From: Acidimicrobiales bacterium
GTDB taxonomy: Bacteria; Actinomycetota; Acidimicrobiia; Acidimicrobiales; RAAP-2
Assembly (NCBI GenBank): GCA_035531955.1
Contig: DATKRZ010000103.1
Location: 11,972-75,971 of the forward strand
DNA: 64,000 bases
Direction: 5' to 3'
The notes beneath the pieces were generated by a model, which saw only the letters and a list, made by a program, of their open reading frames with translations, searched no databases and was not told the DNA's origin. Both the position numbers and the translations under genes were made by a program. Below, piece after piece: positions 52,794 through 61,252 of this stretch (the first letter of the stretch is position 1; each line of letters opens with the position of its first letter).

Positions 52794-53738
52794 ATGACCT
52801 ACCTGTTCGCACTCGGAGCGGCACTATCGAACGCCCTCGTCAGCGTGCTCCAGCGCATGGGCGTGGAGGACGCCGGGGAGGGTGACACCCTCCGGCTGAG
52901 CCTTCTGACCCACGCCCTGAGACGAGGGGTGTGGCTCCTCGGATTCGCCTTCATGGTGTGCGCGTTCGTCCTCCAGGCACTGGCACTGCATGCCGGTGAC
53001 CTGACCGAGGTCCAGCCCATATTGGTCACCGAGCTCCTGTTCCTGGTCTTCATCCTGTCCACCTGGTTCGGCTATCGGACCGGTCCCCGCGAATGGCTCG
53101 GGATCGGGCTGGCGTCGGCAGGCCTCGCCGGCTTCTTGGCCTTCTCCGCCCCGACCGGGGGGGACGGAGTGCCCGGCAGCCTCGGATGGATCGTCGTCGG
53201 CGGGTCGTGCGTGGCCGGCATGGTGCTGACGGCGGCGTTGGCGCTCCACGGACCGCGCTGGTGGCGGGCGGCGATGTTCGGTTCGTCGGCGGCCATCGGC
53301 TTCGCCTTCACCGCGTCGCTGACCAAGGTGGTCTCGCACTTCGTCGCCGCCGATTGGACGACGATGTTCTCCCACTGGGAGACCTACGCCCTGGCGGTGT
53401 TCGGAGCGACCTCGTTCTTCCTCACCCAGAACGCCTTCCACGCCGGGCCGATCGGCGCCTCCCAGGCCGCCCTGGTGCTCGTCGACCCTCTGGTCAGCAT
53501 CGCCATCGGCATCGCCCTGTTCGGCGACGACCTGCAGACCAACGGGGCCCGCGGACCGCTCGAGGCGGTCTCGCTCCTGTGCCTGATCGTCGGCGGGTTC
53601 GTGCTGTCGCACTCCTCGGCGGTGACCATGTTGAAGGGCGAGGACGCGGCCGCAGGGGACCTCCTCACCCCCCGACTCCGCGCCCGCCGGCCGGCGCCGG
53701 CCCGCCCCGAGCCGTTGCCGCCGGGCCTCACCCCCTGA
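52794..53738 (+). CDS. DMT-superfamily-like integral membrane protein
   Basis: About 10 hydrophobic spans. MTYLFALGAALSNALVSVLQRMG. Trimmed to ATG at 52794. Confidence 0.72.
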   Translation: MTYLFALGAALSNALVSVLQRMGVEDAGEGDTLRLSLLTHALRRGVWLLGFAFMVCAFVLQALALHAGDLTEVQPILVTELLFLVFILSTWFGYRTGPREWLGIGLASAGLAGFLAFSAPTGGDGVPGSLGWIVVGGSCVAGMVLTAALALHGPRWWRAAMFGSSAAIGFAFTASLTKVVSHFVAADWTTMFSHWETYALAVFGATSFFLTQNAFHAGPIGASQAALVLVDPLVSIAIGIALFGDDLQTNGARGPLEAVSLLCLIVGGFVLSHSSAVTMLKGEDAAAGDLLTPRLRARRPAPARPEPLPPGLTP

Positions 53739-53768
53739 GCGGCGGAGGCCTTCGCTACACTCCCGTCC

Positions 53769-54977
53769 GTGGACTTCTCTCTGACTGCCGAGGACGAGGC
53801 GTTCGGTGCCGAGCTCCGGGGGTGGCTCGACGAGAACCTCGAGCGGTTCCTGACCGAGACCGAGGACGAAGACCAGCGGAACGCCGGGGTTCCCTCCCAG
53901 TCGCGCCGCAAGGCATGGCAACACCTGTTGAGCGAGGGGGGCTGGGCCGCCGTCCACTGGCCGACCGAATGGGGGGGCCGGGAGACCACACCCGTCCAGC
54001 GCCTCCTCTACTCGGAGATCATGGCGGAGTACCGCACACCGGGCGTGTTCAACGCCAACGGCCTCTGGCAGATCGGTCCCATGCTCATCCAATGGGGAAC
54101 CGAGGAGCAGCAGAACCGCTGGCTCCCTTCGATCCTCAACGCCGAGGACCACTGGTGCCAGGGATTCTCCGAGCCCGACGCCGGCAACGACCTGGCCAAC
54201 CTGCGGACCATGGCCATCCTCGACGGCGACCACTACGTGGTCAACGGGCAGAAGATCTGGATCTCGACGGCTCACCTGGCCAAGTGGGGCCTATTCCTGT
54301 TCCGCACCGATCCGACGGCCATCGAGCGCGGGGCCAAGCACGAGGGAATCACCGCGTTCATCGTCGACCTCGAGTCCCCGGGCGTCGAGCGTCGACCCAT
54401 ACGCGACATGTCGGGCGACGAGATGTTCAACGAGGTCTACTTCCGGGACGTCCAGGTCCCGGTGGGCGACCGGTTGGGAGGCGAGGGCGAGGGGTGGATG
54501 GTGGCCATGGGCACCCTCGGCCACGAGCGCTTGGGCATCGCCGGGCAGATCACCGGCCTGGCCGCCGACCTCCGGGCCATGATCGAGGCGGCCCGCGCCG
54601 TCAACCCCGAAGCCCTGGACGATCCCGGGATCACCGATCGGCTGGCCCGGGCCTGGACGGAGATCGAACTGACCCGACTGCTGGTCTACCGGGCCCTGAG
54701 CAAGGTCATCCGCGGCGAGAAGAACTGGCCGGAGGTGCCGTTCTCCAAGCTCCAGTACTCGATGCTGGCCCAGACCCTGGCCGAGTTGGCCGTCGACCTC
54801 CTCGGCCCGGTCGGGCTCCTCGCCCGGGGTGGGCCCGAGACGGTCGACCGCGGCAAGTGGACCCGGCTCTACTCGTTCCAGCGGTATACGACGATCGGCG
54901 GCGGGTCGACCGAGGTCCAGAAGAACATCATCGCCGACCGGGCCATCAAGCTGCCCGGTCAGACCCGGTTGTCATGA
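53769..54977 (+). CDS. acyl-CoA dehydrogenase (alpha-like)
   Basis: VDFSLTAEDEAFGAELRGWL (GTG start), WCQGFSEPDAGNDLANL, and IGGGSTEVQKNIIADRAIKLPG. Confidence 0.9.
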   Translation: MDFSLTAEDEAFGAELRGWLDENLERFLTETEDEDQRNAGVPSQSRRKAWQHLLSEGGWAAVHWPTEWGGRETTPVQRLLYSEIMAEYRTPGVFNANGLWQIGPMLIQWGTEEQQNRWLPSILNAEDHWCQGFSEPDAGNDLANLRTMAILDGDHYVVNGQKIWISTAHLAKWGLFLFRTDPTAIERGAKHEGITAFIVDLESPGVERRPIRDMSGDEMFNEVYFRDVQVPVGDRLGGEGEGWMVAMGTLGHERLGIAGQITGLAADLRAMIEAARAVNPEALDDPGITDRLARAWTEIELTRLLVYRALSKVIRGEKNWPEVPFSKLQYSMLAQTLAELAVDLLGPVGLLARGGPETVDRGKWTRLYSFQRYTTIGGGSTEVQKNIIADRAIKLPGQTRLS

Positions 54978-54989
54978 CCGGCCGGAGCG

Positions 54990-56531
54990 GTGCCGACCAC
55001 CCGTAGCGGGCGCGCCCCCTGCCTCATCGGGGTGGGGCGACGGACCTGGCGGCCCGGGGAGTGTGGGCCCGACGGCGCGCCCGAGCCGCTGGACATGTGG
55101 GAGGAGGTGGCCAGGCTGGCCGCCGACGACACCGGCCGGCCCGGGGCGATCGACGGGTTCGAGCGGATCGACGGCGTCTACTGCCAGGCCTGGCAGTACG
55201 ACGATCCGCCAGCACGCCTGGCCGAGCGGTTGGGTGCCCACCCCCGGGCGGGGCGCTACTCGGGGATCGGGGGCACCGTCCCCCAGACCATCGTCTCGGA
55301 CGTGTCCCGGGACATCCTGCGGGGCGGCCTGGACCTGGCCCTGGTCGTCGGCGGGGAGGCTCTGGCCACCCGGCGGCGACTGGCCAAGGAGGGGCGCAAG
55401 CCGGCCTGGAGCTTCCGACCCGAGGAGCGGCGACCCTTCCCCTTCGACGTCCCGCTCCACCCGGGCGAGGTGGCCAACGGCATCTTCGAGGCGTGGCTCA
55501 CCTTCGCCCTGTTCGAGAGCAGTCGTCGAGCGCACCTGGGCCAACCCATGGACCCGTACCGCCACTCGCTCGGGCAGCTGCTGGCCCCGATGACCGCGGT
55601 GGCCGCGGCCAACCCCTACGCCTGGTTCCCCGTCGAGCGGACGGCCGACGAGATCGTCGGGCCGTCGCCGCAGAACCGGATGGTCGGCTATCCGTACTCG
55701 AAGCTCATGACGGCCATCATGGACGTGGACATGGCGGCCGCGGTCATCGTGGCCAGTGACGCCATGGCCGACTCACTCGGAGTCCCTCTCGACCGGCGCG
55801 TCTACCTGCGCGGCTGGGGGTACGCGGAGGATCCCCCGGCCGTCGCCCAGCGGTCGGAGCTGTGGCGCTCGGGGGCCATGGAGGCCGCAGGGGCGGCGGC
55901 GCTGCAAGGGGCGGGGGCGGGGATCGATGACATCGCCCACTTCGACCTGTACTCGTGCTTCGCCAGTTCGGTCGGGTTCGCCCTCGACGCGCTGGGCATC
56001 GACCCGTTGGCCGCCCGGAGCGCGGCCGGCGCGGCGCCCGAACGCCCTGTGACGGTCACCGGGGGCCTGGCCTACCACGGCGGGCCCGGGAGCAACTATG
56101 TGACCCACGCCCTGGCCTCGATGGTCGAGACGCTCCGGGCCGACCCCGGCTCGCTGGGGATGGTCAGCGGGGTCGGGATGCACATGCACAAGCACGCCTT
56201 CGCCACCTATTCGACCACGCCGGGGGACCTCTCCCCTCCCGATGACCCAGCCGTGTCGGCCCGCGGGTCCATGGCGGAGACCCCCGTCCTCGCCACCTTC
56301 GACGGGGCGGCGAAGGTGGCGACCTACTCGGTCGTCCACGGGAGGGACGGCCGGCCCGAATGGGCGGCCCTGGTCTGCGACGTCCCGTCGGACGGCGTGC
56401 CCGTTGCGGCCAGGTGCTATGCCCGGCTCACCGATCCGGAGGCGCTGCTCTCGGCCGAGTCGCAAGAGTTGATCGGGCACCCGGTGCACCTGGCGACCGA
56501 CGGCGACGGCCGCACCACGGCCCGGGTGTAG
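54990..56531 (+). CDS. thiolase-fold protein with a ~100-aa C-terminal OB-like extension
   Basis: PCLIGVGRRTW...LALVVGGEAL...DLYSCFASSV...VTGGLAYHGGPGSNY. C-terminal GAAKVATYSVVHGRDGRPEWAALVCDV. GTG start at 54990. Confidence 0.78.
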   Translation: MPTTRSGRAPCLIGVGRRTWRPGECGPDGAPEPLDMWEEVARLAADDTGRPGAIDGFERIDGVYCQAWQYDDPPARLAERLGAHPRAGRYSGIGGTVPQTIVSDVSRDILRGGLDLALVVGGEALATRRRLAKEGRKPAWSFRPEERRPFPFDVPLHPGEVANGIFEAWLTFALFESSRRAHLGQPMDPYRHSLGQLLAPMTAVAAANPYAWFPVERTADEIVGPSPQNRMVGYPYSKLMTAIMDVDMAAAVIVASDAMADSLGVPLDRRVYLRGWGYAEDPPAVAQRSELWRSGAMEAAGAAALQGAGAGIDDIAHFDLYSCFASSVGFALDALGIDPLAARSAAGAAPERPVTVTGGLAYHGGPGSNYVTHALASMVETLRADPGSLGMVSGVGMHMHKHAFATYSTTPGDLSPPDDPAVSARGSMAETPVLATFDGAAKVATYSVVHGRDGRPEWAALVCDVPSDGVPVAARCYARLTDPEALLSAESQELIGHPVHLATDGDGRTTARV

Positions 56532-56601
56532 GTAGTCTTCATGACATGGGCGTCAGGCTCCCAGGGGAACCGGGAGCTGCGCGGACCAAGGAGGGATGCC
56601 G

Positions 56602-57891
56602 ATGCATGCCGAGGACCTGATTCTCGTGAGCGTGGACGACCATGTCGTCGAGCCACCCGACATGTTCGAAGGCCGTCTCGAGGCCAAGTATCAGGATCTG
56701 GCACCAAAGCTGGTCCGCAAGGACGACGGCACCGACGTCTGGGTCTACGACGGGAACGAGATCCCAAACATCGGGCTCAACGCCGTGGTCGGGCGACCAC
56801 CCGAGGAGTACGGCATCGAGCCCACCTCCCTCGACGACATGCGCAAGGGTTGCTACGACATCGGCGAACGGGTCCGCGACATGAACGCCAACGGTGTGCT
56901 CGGCTCGATGTGCTTCCCGTCGTTCCCGCAGTTCTGCGGCCAGCTCTTCGCCCGCACCGAGGACAAGGATGTCGCCCTGGCCATGCTCCGTGCCTACAAC
57001 GACTGGCACATCGAGGGATGGTGCGGCGCCGCCCCTGGCCGCTTCATCCCGCTCGCCCTGCCGGTCATCTGGGATCCCGACATGGCCGCGGCGGAGATCC
57101 ACCGGATGGCCGCCAAGGGCTGTCACGCGGTGACCTTCTCGGAGAACCCGGAGAAGCTGGGCTGGCCGAGCTTCCACTCCGACCACTGGGACCCGTTCTG
57201 GCAGGCCTGCTCCGAGGAGGGCACGGTCGCCTGCCTGCACATCGGCTCCTCCTCGCAGTTGGTCATCACCTCGGTCGAAGCACCAATCGACGTGCTCATC
57301 ACCCTTCAGCCGATGAACGTGGTCCAGGCCGCGGCCGACCTCTTGTGGTCGCCGGTCTTGCGCAAGTTCCCCGATCTGCGGGTCGCCCTGTCCGAGGGTG
57401 GGATCGGGTGGATCCCCTACTTTCTCGAGCGGGCCGACTACGTCTACCAGCACCACAAGGCCTGGACCGGCCAGGACTTCGGCGACGTCCTGCCCAGCCA
57501 GTTGTTCAAGGAGCGGATCATCACCTGCTTCATCGACGACGCCTTCGGGGTGGCCAACCGGCACTACCTCAACATGGACAACATCACCTGGGAGTGCGAC
57601 TACCCCCACTCCGACTCCACCTGGCCCCAGGCCCCGGAGATGGCCATGAAGTATCTCGAGGGCGTCCCCGATGACGAAGTGAACAAGATCACCCACCTCA
57701 ACGCCATGCGCCACTTCTCCTACGATCCCTTCAGTGTGCGACCTCGTGAGAAGTGCACCGTGGCCGCCCTGCGGGCCGAGGCCGGCGATGTCGACCTGTC
57801 CGTCATGCGTCGCTCGGCGGGGGCGATCGGGCACAAGGACACCTCGATCAACGCATTGAGCAAACTCAACCGGTCGTCCGACAGCGACTGA
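56602..57891 (+). CDS. amidohydrolase-2 family protein
   Basis: LILVSVDDHVVEPPDMFEGRL...NITWECDYPHSDSTWP. ATG at 56602 is 7 nt after GGAGGG (ATG at 56596 is also possible). Confidence 0.88.
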   Translation: MHAEDLILVSVDDHVVEPPDMFEGRLEAKYQDLAPKLVRKDDGTDVWVYDGNEIPNIGLNAVVGRPPEEYGIEPTSLDDMRKGCYDIGERVRDMNANGVLGSMCFPSFPQFCGQLFARTEDKDVALAMLRAYNDWHIEGWCGAAPGRFIPLALPVIWDPDMAAAEIHRMAAKGCHAVTFSENPEKLGWPSFHSDHWDPFWQACSEEGTVACLHIGSSSQLVITSVEAPIDVLITLQPMNVVQAAADLLWSPVLRKFPDLRVALSEGGIGWIPYFLERADYVYQHHKAWTGQDFGDVLPSQLFKERIITCFIDDAFGVANRHYLNMDNITWECDYPHSDSTWPQAPEMAMKYLEGVPDDEVNKITHLNAMRHFSYDPFSVRPREKCTVAALRAEAGDVDLSVMRRSAGAIGHKDTSINALSKLNRSSDSD

Positions 57892-57945
57892 CCCGACACC
57901 ACACACCAACCGCAACCAGGCCGAGCAGATAGAGCGGACAGCACC

Positions 57946-58755
57946 GTGCCCATCCACTACCGGTTGGGCGATGACCACATCGCCCGCATCGTCATCGACC
58001 GTCCCGAGGCGAAGAACGCCATGGACATGGACCACTTCTTCCAGCTCCGCAGCGCCTGGGACCGGTTCGGGGAGGAGGACGATGCCTGGGTCGCGGTGAT
58101 CACCGGCGTGAAGGACGTCTTTCTGGTGGGCGCCGACCTCAAGACCTACATCCCCCAGATCACCGAGCACCAGAAGAAGATCAGCTCCGGCGACGTGGAC
58201 ACCGTCGGCGGCTACCGCCTCGATGACGGGAGCCGGGCCGTGCTGCGCGGGGTGAAGCTCTACAAGCCGATCATCGCCGCCGTCAACGGGACGTGCGTGG
58301 CCGGCGGCATGGAGATGCTGGGCGGCTGCGACATCCGGGTCGCCGCCGACACCGCCACCTTCGGTGTGCTCGAGCCGAAGCGGGGCCTGTTCGCCGGCGG
58401 GGGGACGACCGTCCGCCTTCCACGCCAGATCCCGTATCCGGCGGCCATGGAATTCCTCCTCTGCGCCGACCAGATCGGGGCCCGGCAGGCCCTGGCCATG
58501 GGCCTGCTCAACGAGGTGACCGATCCCGGTCGGCTGATGGAGCGGGCCGATGACTTCGCCCACCGGATCATCGCCAACGGCCCGCTGGCGGTCCGCAAGA
58601 CCAAAGAGTCGGTCCTCCGGGGCCTGGCCACCGACATGCGGGAGGCCTATCGCATCGAGTCGGAACTGGCCGGGGAGGTCTTCGGCAGCGACGACGCCAA
58701 GGAGGGTCCGCTGGCGTTCAAGGAGAAGCGCCCGCCGGTCTGGACGGGCCGGTAA
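57946..58755 (+). CDS. enoyl-CoA hydratase/isomerase (canonical crotonase)
   Basis: IARIVIDRPEAKNAM...VITGVKDVFLVGADLK...AVNGTCVAGGMEMLGGCDIRVA...EGPLAFKEKRPP. Confidence 0.9.
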   Translation: MPIHYRLGDDHIARIVIDRPEAKNAMDMDHFFQLRSAWDRFGEEDDAWVAVITGVKDVFLVGADLKTYIPQITEHQKKISSGDVDTVGGYRLDDGSRAVLRGVKLYKPIIAAVNGTCVAGGMEMLGGCDIRVAADTATFGVLEPKRGLFAGGGTTVRLPRQIPYPAAMEFLLCADQIGARQALAMGLLNEVTDPGRLMERADDFAHRIIANGPLAVRKTKESVLRGLATDMREAYRIESELAGEVFGSDDAKEGPLAFKEKRPPVWTGR

Positions 58756-58818
58756 TACCTCTGGCAGCAAAGCCGCCACAGCCACGCTGAACTGATCCCA
58801 AAACGGCCCTCCAGGCGT

Positions 58819-58856
58819 GATTGCAGATTGCAAGCTGGTTGCTAGTATTGTGCAAC
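58819..58856 (+). promoter_or_regulatory. leaderless-type promoter and TTGCA-repeat operator of TA cassette 2
   Basis: GATTGCA x2 in tandem (58819-58832). TTGCAG, 16 nt, TAGTAT, 8 nt, ATG. Inverted partner TGCAA at 58851-58855. Confidence 0.4.
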
Positions 58857-59078
58857 ATGAGGACTCTCTACCTGCGCAATGTGCCGGATGAAGTCATCGA
58901 GCGCTTGGAACGGCTCGCCGCTCGTGACGCCACCTCCGTTGGGGCGGTAGCGGTGAGGGAGCTCGCCGAGGTTTCGCGCCGAGCGGACAACCCCGCGTTG
59001 CTGGGTGCCCTTCCTGACCTCGGTGTGGACGTGGCGACGATCCTGGGTGACCTGGACACCGGCCGAGCCGATCGGTGA
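58857..59078 (+). CDS. ribbon-helix-helix antitoxin (FitA/VapB-like)
   Basis: [39 protein letters not shown]. Trimmed to ATG at 58857. Confidence 0.75.
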   Translation: MRTLYLRNVPDEVIERLERLAARDATSVGAVAVRELAEVSRRADNPALLGALPDLGVDVATILGDLDTGRADR

Positions 59079-59458
59079 TCGTTGTCGACGCTTCGGCGGC
59101 CTTGTCCGCCGTGCTCAACGACGGACCGGCACGAAGGGCGCTCGCCGACGACCAGCTGAATGCTCCCCACCTCATCGACTCCGAGGTGGCCAGCGGGCTC
59201 CGCCGCAGGGTCGCCGCCCGACAGCTGGGTGCGGACGCCGGTTGGACCGCCCTGGACGCTTTCCGGCGGCTCGGGATGATGCGGTACCCGGTGTTCTCAC
59301 TTCTGGACCGAATCTGGGAACTCCGCGACGACTTGACGGCCTACGACGCTTCGTACGTCGCGCTGGCGGAACTACTGGACTGCAACTTGCTCACCGCCGA
59401 TGCCCGATTGGGCCGGGCGGTCGGCACCCGGTGCCCGATCACGGTGGTACCCCGTTAG
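59075..59458 (+). CDS. vapC: PIN-domain ribonuclease toxin (VapC type)
   Basis: [14 protein letters not shown]...[26 protein letters not shown] overlaps the antitoxin stop (GTGA). Confidence 0.85.
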   Translation: MIVVDASAALSAVLNDGPARRALADDQLNAPHLIDSEVASGLRRRVAARQLGADAGWTALDAFRRLGMMRYPVFSLLDRIWELRDDLTAYDASYVALAELLDCNLLTADARLGRAVGTRCPITVVPR

Positions 59459-59515
59459 CGGGTAGCCAACGACGTCCGTGAGCGCCGGCCGCAACGTCGG
59501 GAGCGCTCAGGCGGA

Positions 59516-60172
59516 TCAGCCCTTGTAGGTTCGCATGAAGCCGCTGTAGACACCGGCGAAGCCGGAGTTCACGTCGTCCGGCAGCGGGTGGAGCTCGCCC
59601 ATCTGGCTGGCACCCCAGAGGATGTGGGCGCTGCGCTCCACCAAGGCGGTGATGTGGAGCACCTTCTCCGGCGTGGGCCCGACCGCCACCATCCCGTGGT
59701 TGGCGATCAACGCCGCGCCCCTGTCCTTCAGCGCCGCCACCGCCTGGTTCCCGACGTCGGCCGTGCCGCTGGCCGCGTACTCGGTCACCCGGACATCGCC
59801 GCCGACATAGATGGAGAACTCGTCGATGCACGGGGGGATCGACCGGTGGGCCACCGCGAACATGGTGGCGTGCACCGGATGGGAGTGGATCACCGAGCCC
59901 ACGTCTTCGTAGGCCGCGTAGCAGGCCAGGTGCAGCGCCATCTCGGACGAGGGGGAACGGGTGCCGGCGATCACCTTCCCCTCCGGATCCACGGTCACCA
60001 GGTCGTCGAGCACCATGGCGGCGTAGCTGATCGACGACGGCGTGATGCAGATGGTGCCGTCCTCGTTTCGGGCCGAGATGTTCCCGGCCGTGCCCTCCAC
60101 CAGGCCGCGGGCCAGCATGTCCTTGGCCGCGGCCAAGACCGCGTCGGCGGCGCCTTCCACGAATGCAGCCAC
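59516..60172 (-). CDS. class II aldolase/adducin-domain protein
   Basis: VEGTAGNISAR and VIHSHPVHATMFA. GTG at 60172 is 7 nt after AGGAGG. Confidence 0.88.
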   Translation of the reverse strand: MAAFVEGAADAVLAAAKDMLARGLVEGTAGNISARNEDGTICITPSSISYAAMVLDDLVTVDPEGKVIAGTRSPSSEMALHLACYAAYEDVGSVIHSHPVHATMFAVAHRSIPPCIDEFSIYVGGDVRVTEYAASGTADVGNQAVAALKDRGAALIANHGMVAVGPTPEKVLHITALVERSAHILWGASQMGELHPLPDDVNSGFAGVYSGFMRTYKG

Positions 60173-60310
60173 TCCCCTACCTCCTGGACGGTCGTCGGGA
60201 CCCACGGCGTTCCGATTCTGCGCAGCACGCCTGCGCCGATGGTATCCGGCGGCGCCCGGCATTGCCTGACACCAGAGTCAGGGACGGTCGACTGTGGCTA
60301 TCCTGGCCCG

Positions 60311-61216
60311 ATGGGACTACTCGACACCCGGGTCGCCATCGTCACCGGTGCCGGGAGGGGCATCGGCCGCCGGGTGGCCCTGTGCCTGGCCGCGGAGGGG
60401 GCCAAGGTGGTGGTCAACGACATCGGGGTCGGCCTCGACGGTCGCAGCGGATCCGAGGGGGGCGGGGACGAGGGCCCGGCCGCCCAGGTCTGCCGGGAGA
60501 TCACCGCCTCGGGCGGGCAGGCGGTGGTCAGCCACGACTCGGTGAGCGACTACCAGGGAGCCGGACGGATCGTCGACACCGCCATCGATGCCTTCGGACA
60601 GGTGGACATCCTGGTCAACAACGCCGGCATTGTGCGCGACCGCTCGCTGCTCAAGATGACCGAGGACGACTACGACGCCGTCGTCGCCGTGCACCAGAAG
60701 GGCACCTTCAACACCACCCGGCATGCCGCACCCCACATGAAGGAGGCCGGGTACGGGCGCATCGTCAACATGACCTCGTCGGCCGGGCTGCGGGGGAACT
60801 TCGGACAGACCAACTACGGCGCGGCCAAGGCGGCCATCATGGGCATGACCTTCGTGTGGGCCGTCGAGCTCGGCAAGTACGGGATCACCGTCAACGCCCT
60901 GGCCCCGTCCGGAACCACCCGGATGACCGAGGGCCTGTACCAGGGGGCCGAGCCTCCGGCCAACGAGGATCCCGCCCTCAACGCGCCGATGGTGGCCTTC
61001 CTGGCCTCCGAGGCGGCGTCCTTCGTGAACGGACAGGTCCTGGGTCGGACCGGATACGGGTACACCTTGTTCCAGACGCCGCGCCAGATCGCCACCATGT
61101 GGCAGGAGGGCGGGTGGACCCCGTTGGAGGTGGCCGACCACTTCCACGAGGTCCTGGGCCAGCACCTGCAGCCGGTGGGCATGCCCAGCCATCCCCTGCT
61201 GGGCAAGCGGGACTGA
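60311..61216 (+). CDS. SDR oxidoreductase resembling the (3R)-hydroxyacyl-CoA dehydrogenase domain of MFE-2 type enzymes
   Basis: VAIVTGAGRGIGRRVA, NNAGIVRD, and NYGAAKAAIMGMT (YxxxK). ATG at 60311. Confidence 0.86.
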   Translation: MGLLDTRVAIVTGAGRGIGRRVALCLAAEGAKVVVNDIGVGLDGRSGSEGGGDEGPAAQVCREITASGGQAVVSHDSVSDYQGAGRIVDTAIDAFGQVDILVNNAGIVRDRSLLKMTEDDYDAVVAVHQKGTFNTTRHAAPHMKEAGYGRIVNMTSSAGLRGNFGQTNYGAAKAAIMGMTFVWAVELGKYGITVNALAPSGTTRMTEGLYQGAEPPANEDPALNAPMVAFLASEAASFVNGQVLGRTGYGYTLFQTPRQIATMWQEGGWTPLEVADHFHEVLGQHLQPVGMPSHPLLGKRD

Positions 61217-61220
61217 GACC

Positions 61221-61239
61221 GGGGCGGACCTACCGCCCC
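61221..61239. terminator. hairpin GGGGCGG-ACCTA-CCGCCCC between convergent genes
   Basis: Seen directly between the SDR stop (61216) and the synthetase stop (61253). No U-tract. Confidence 0.3.
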
Positions 61240-61252
61240 CAGACAGTGGTTC

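Noticed and set aside
51800-53740. Mobile element carrying TA cassette 1 and the DMT gene
   Set aside because: I could find no transposase, integrase, terminal inverted repeats or target-site duplication by eye. Insertion remains only an inference from gene order.
56539-58833. 764-aa minus-strand ORF, the longest in this region
   Set aside because: It lies antisense to a well-supported amidohydrolase and a canonical crotonase and has no recognisable motif. The same reasoning applies to 47834..50440(-), 61397..63949(+), 6590..8314(+), 17051..18955(+), 34526..36610(-) and 21231..23015(+).
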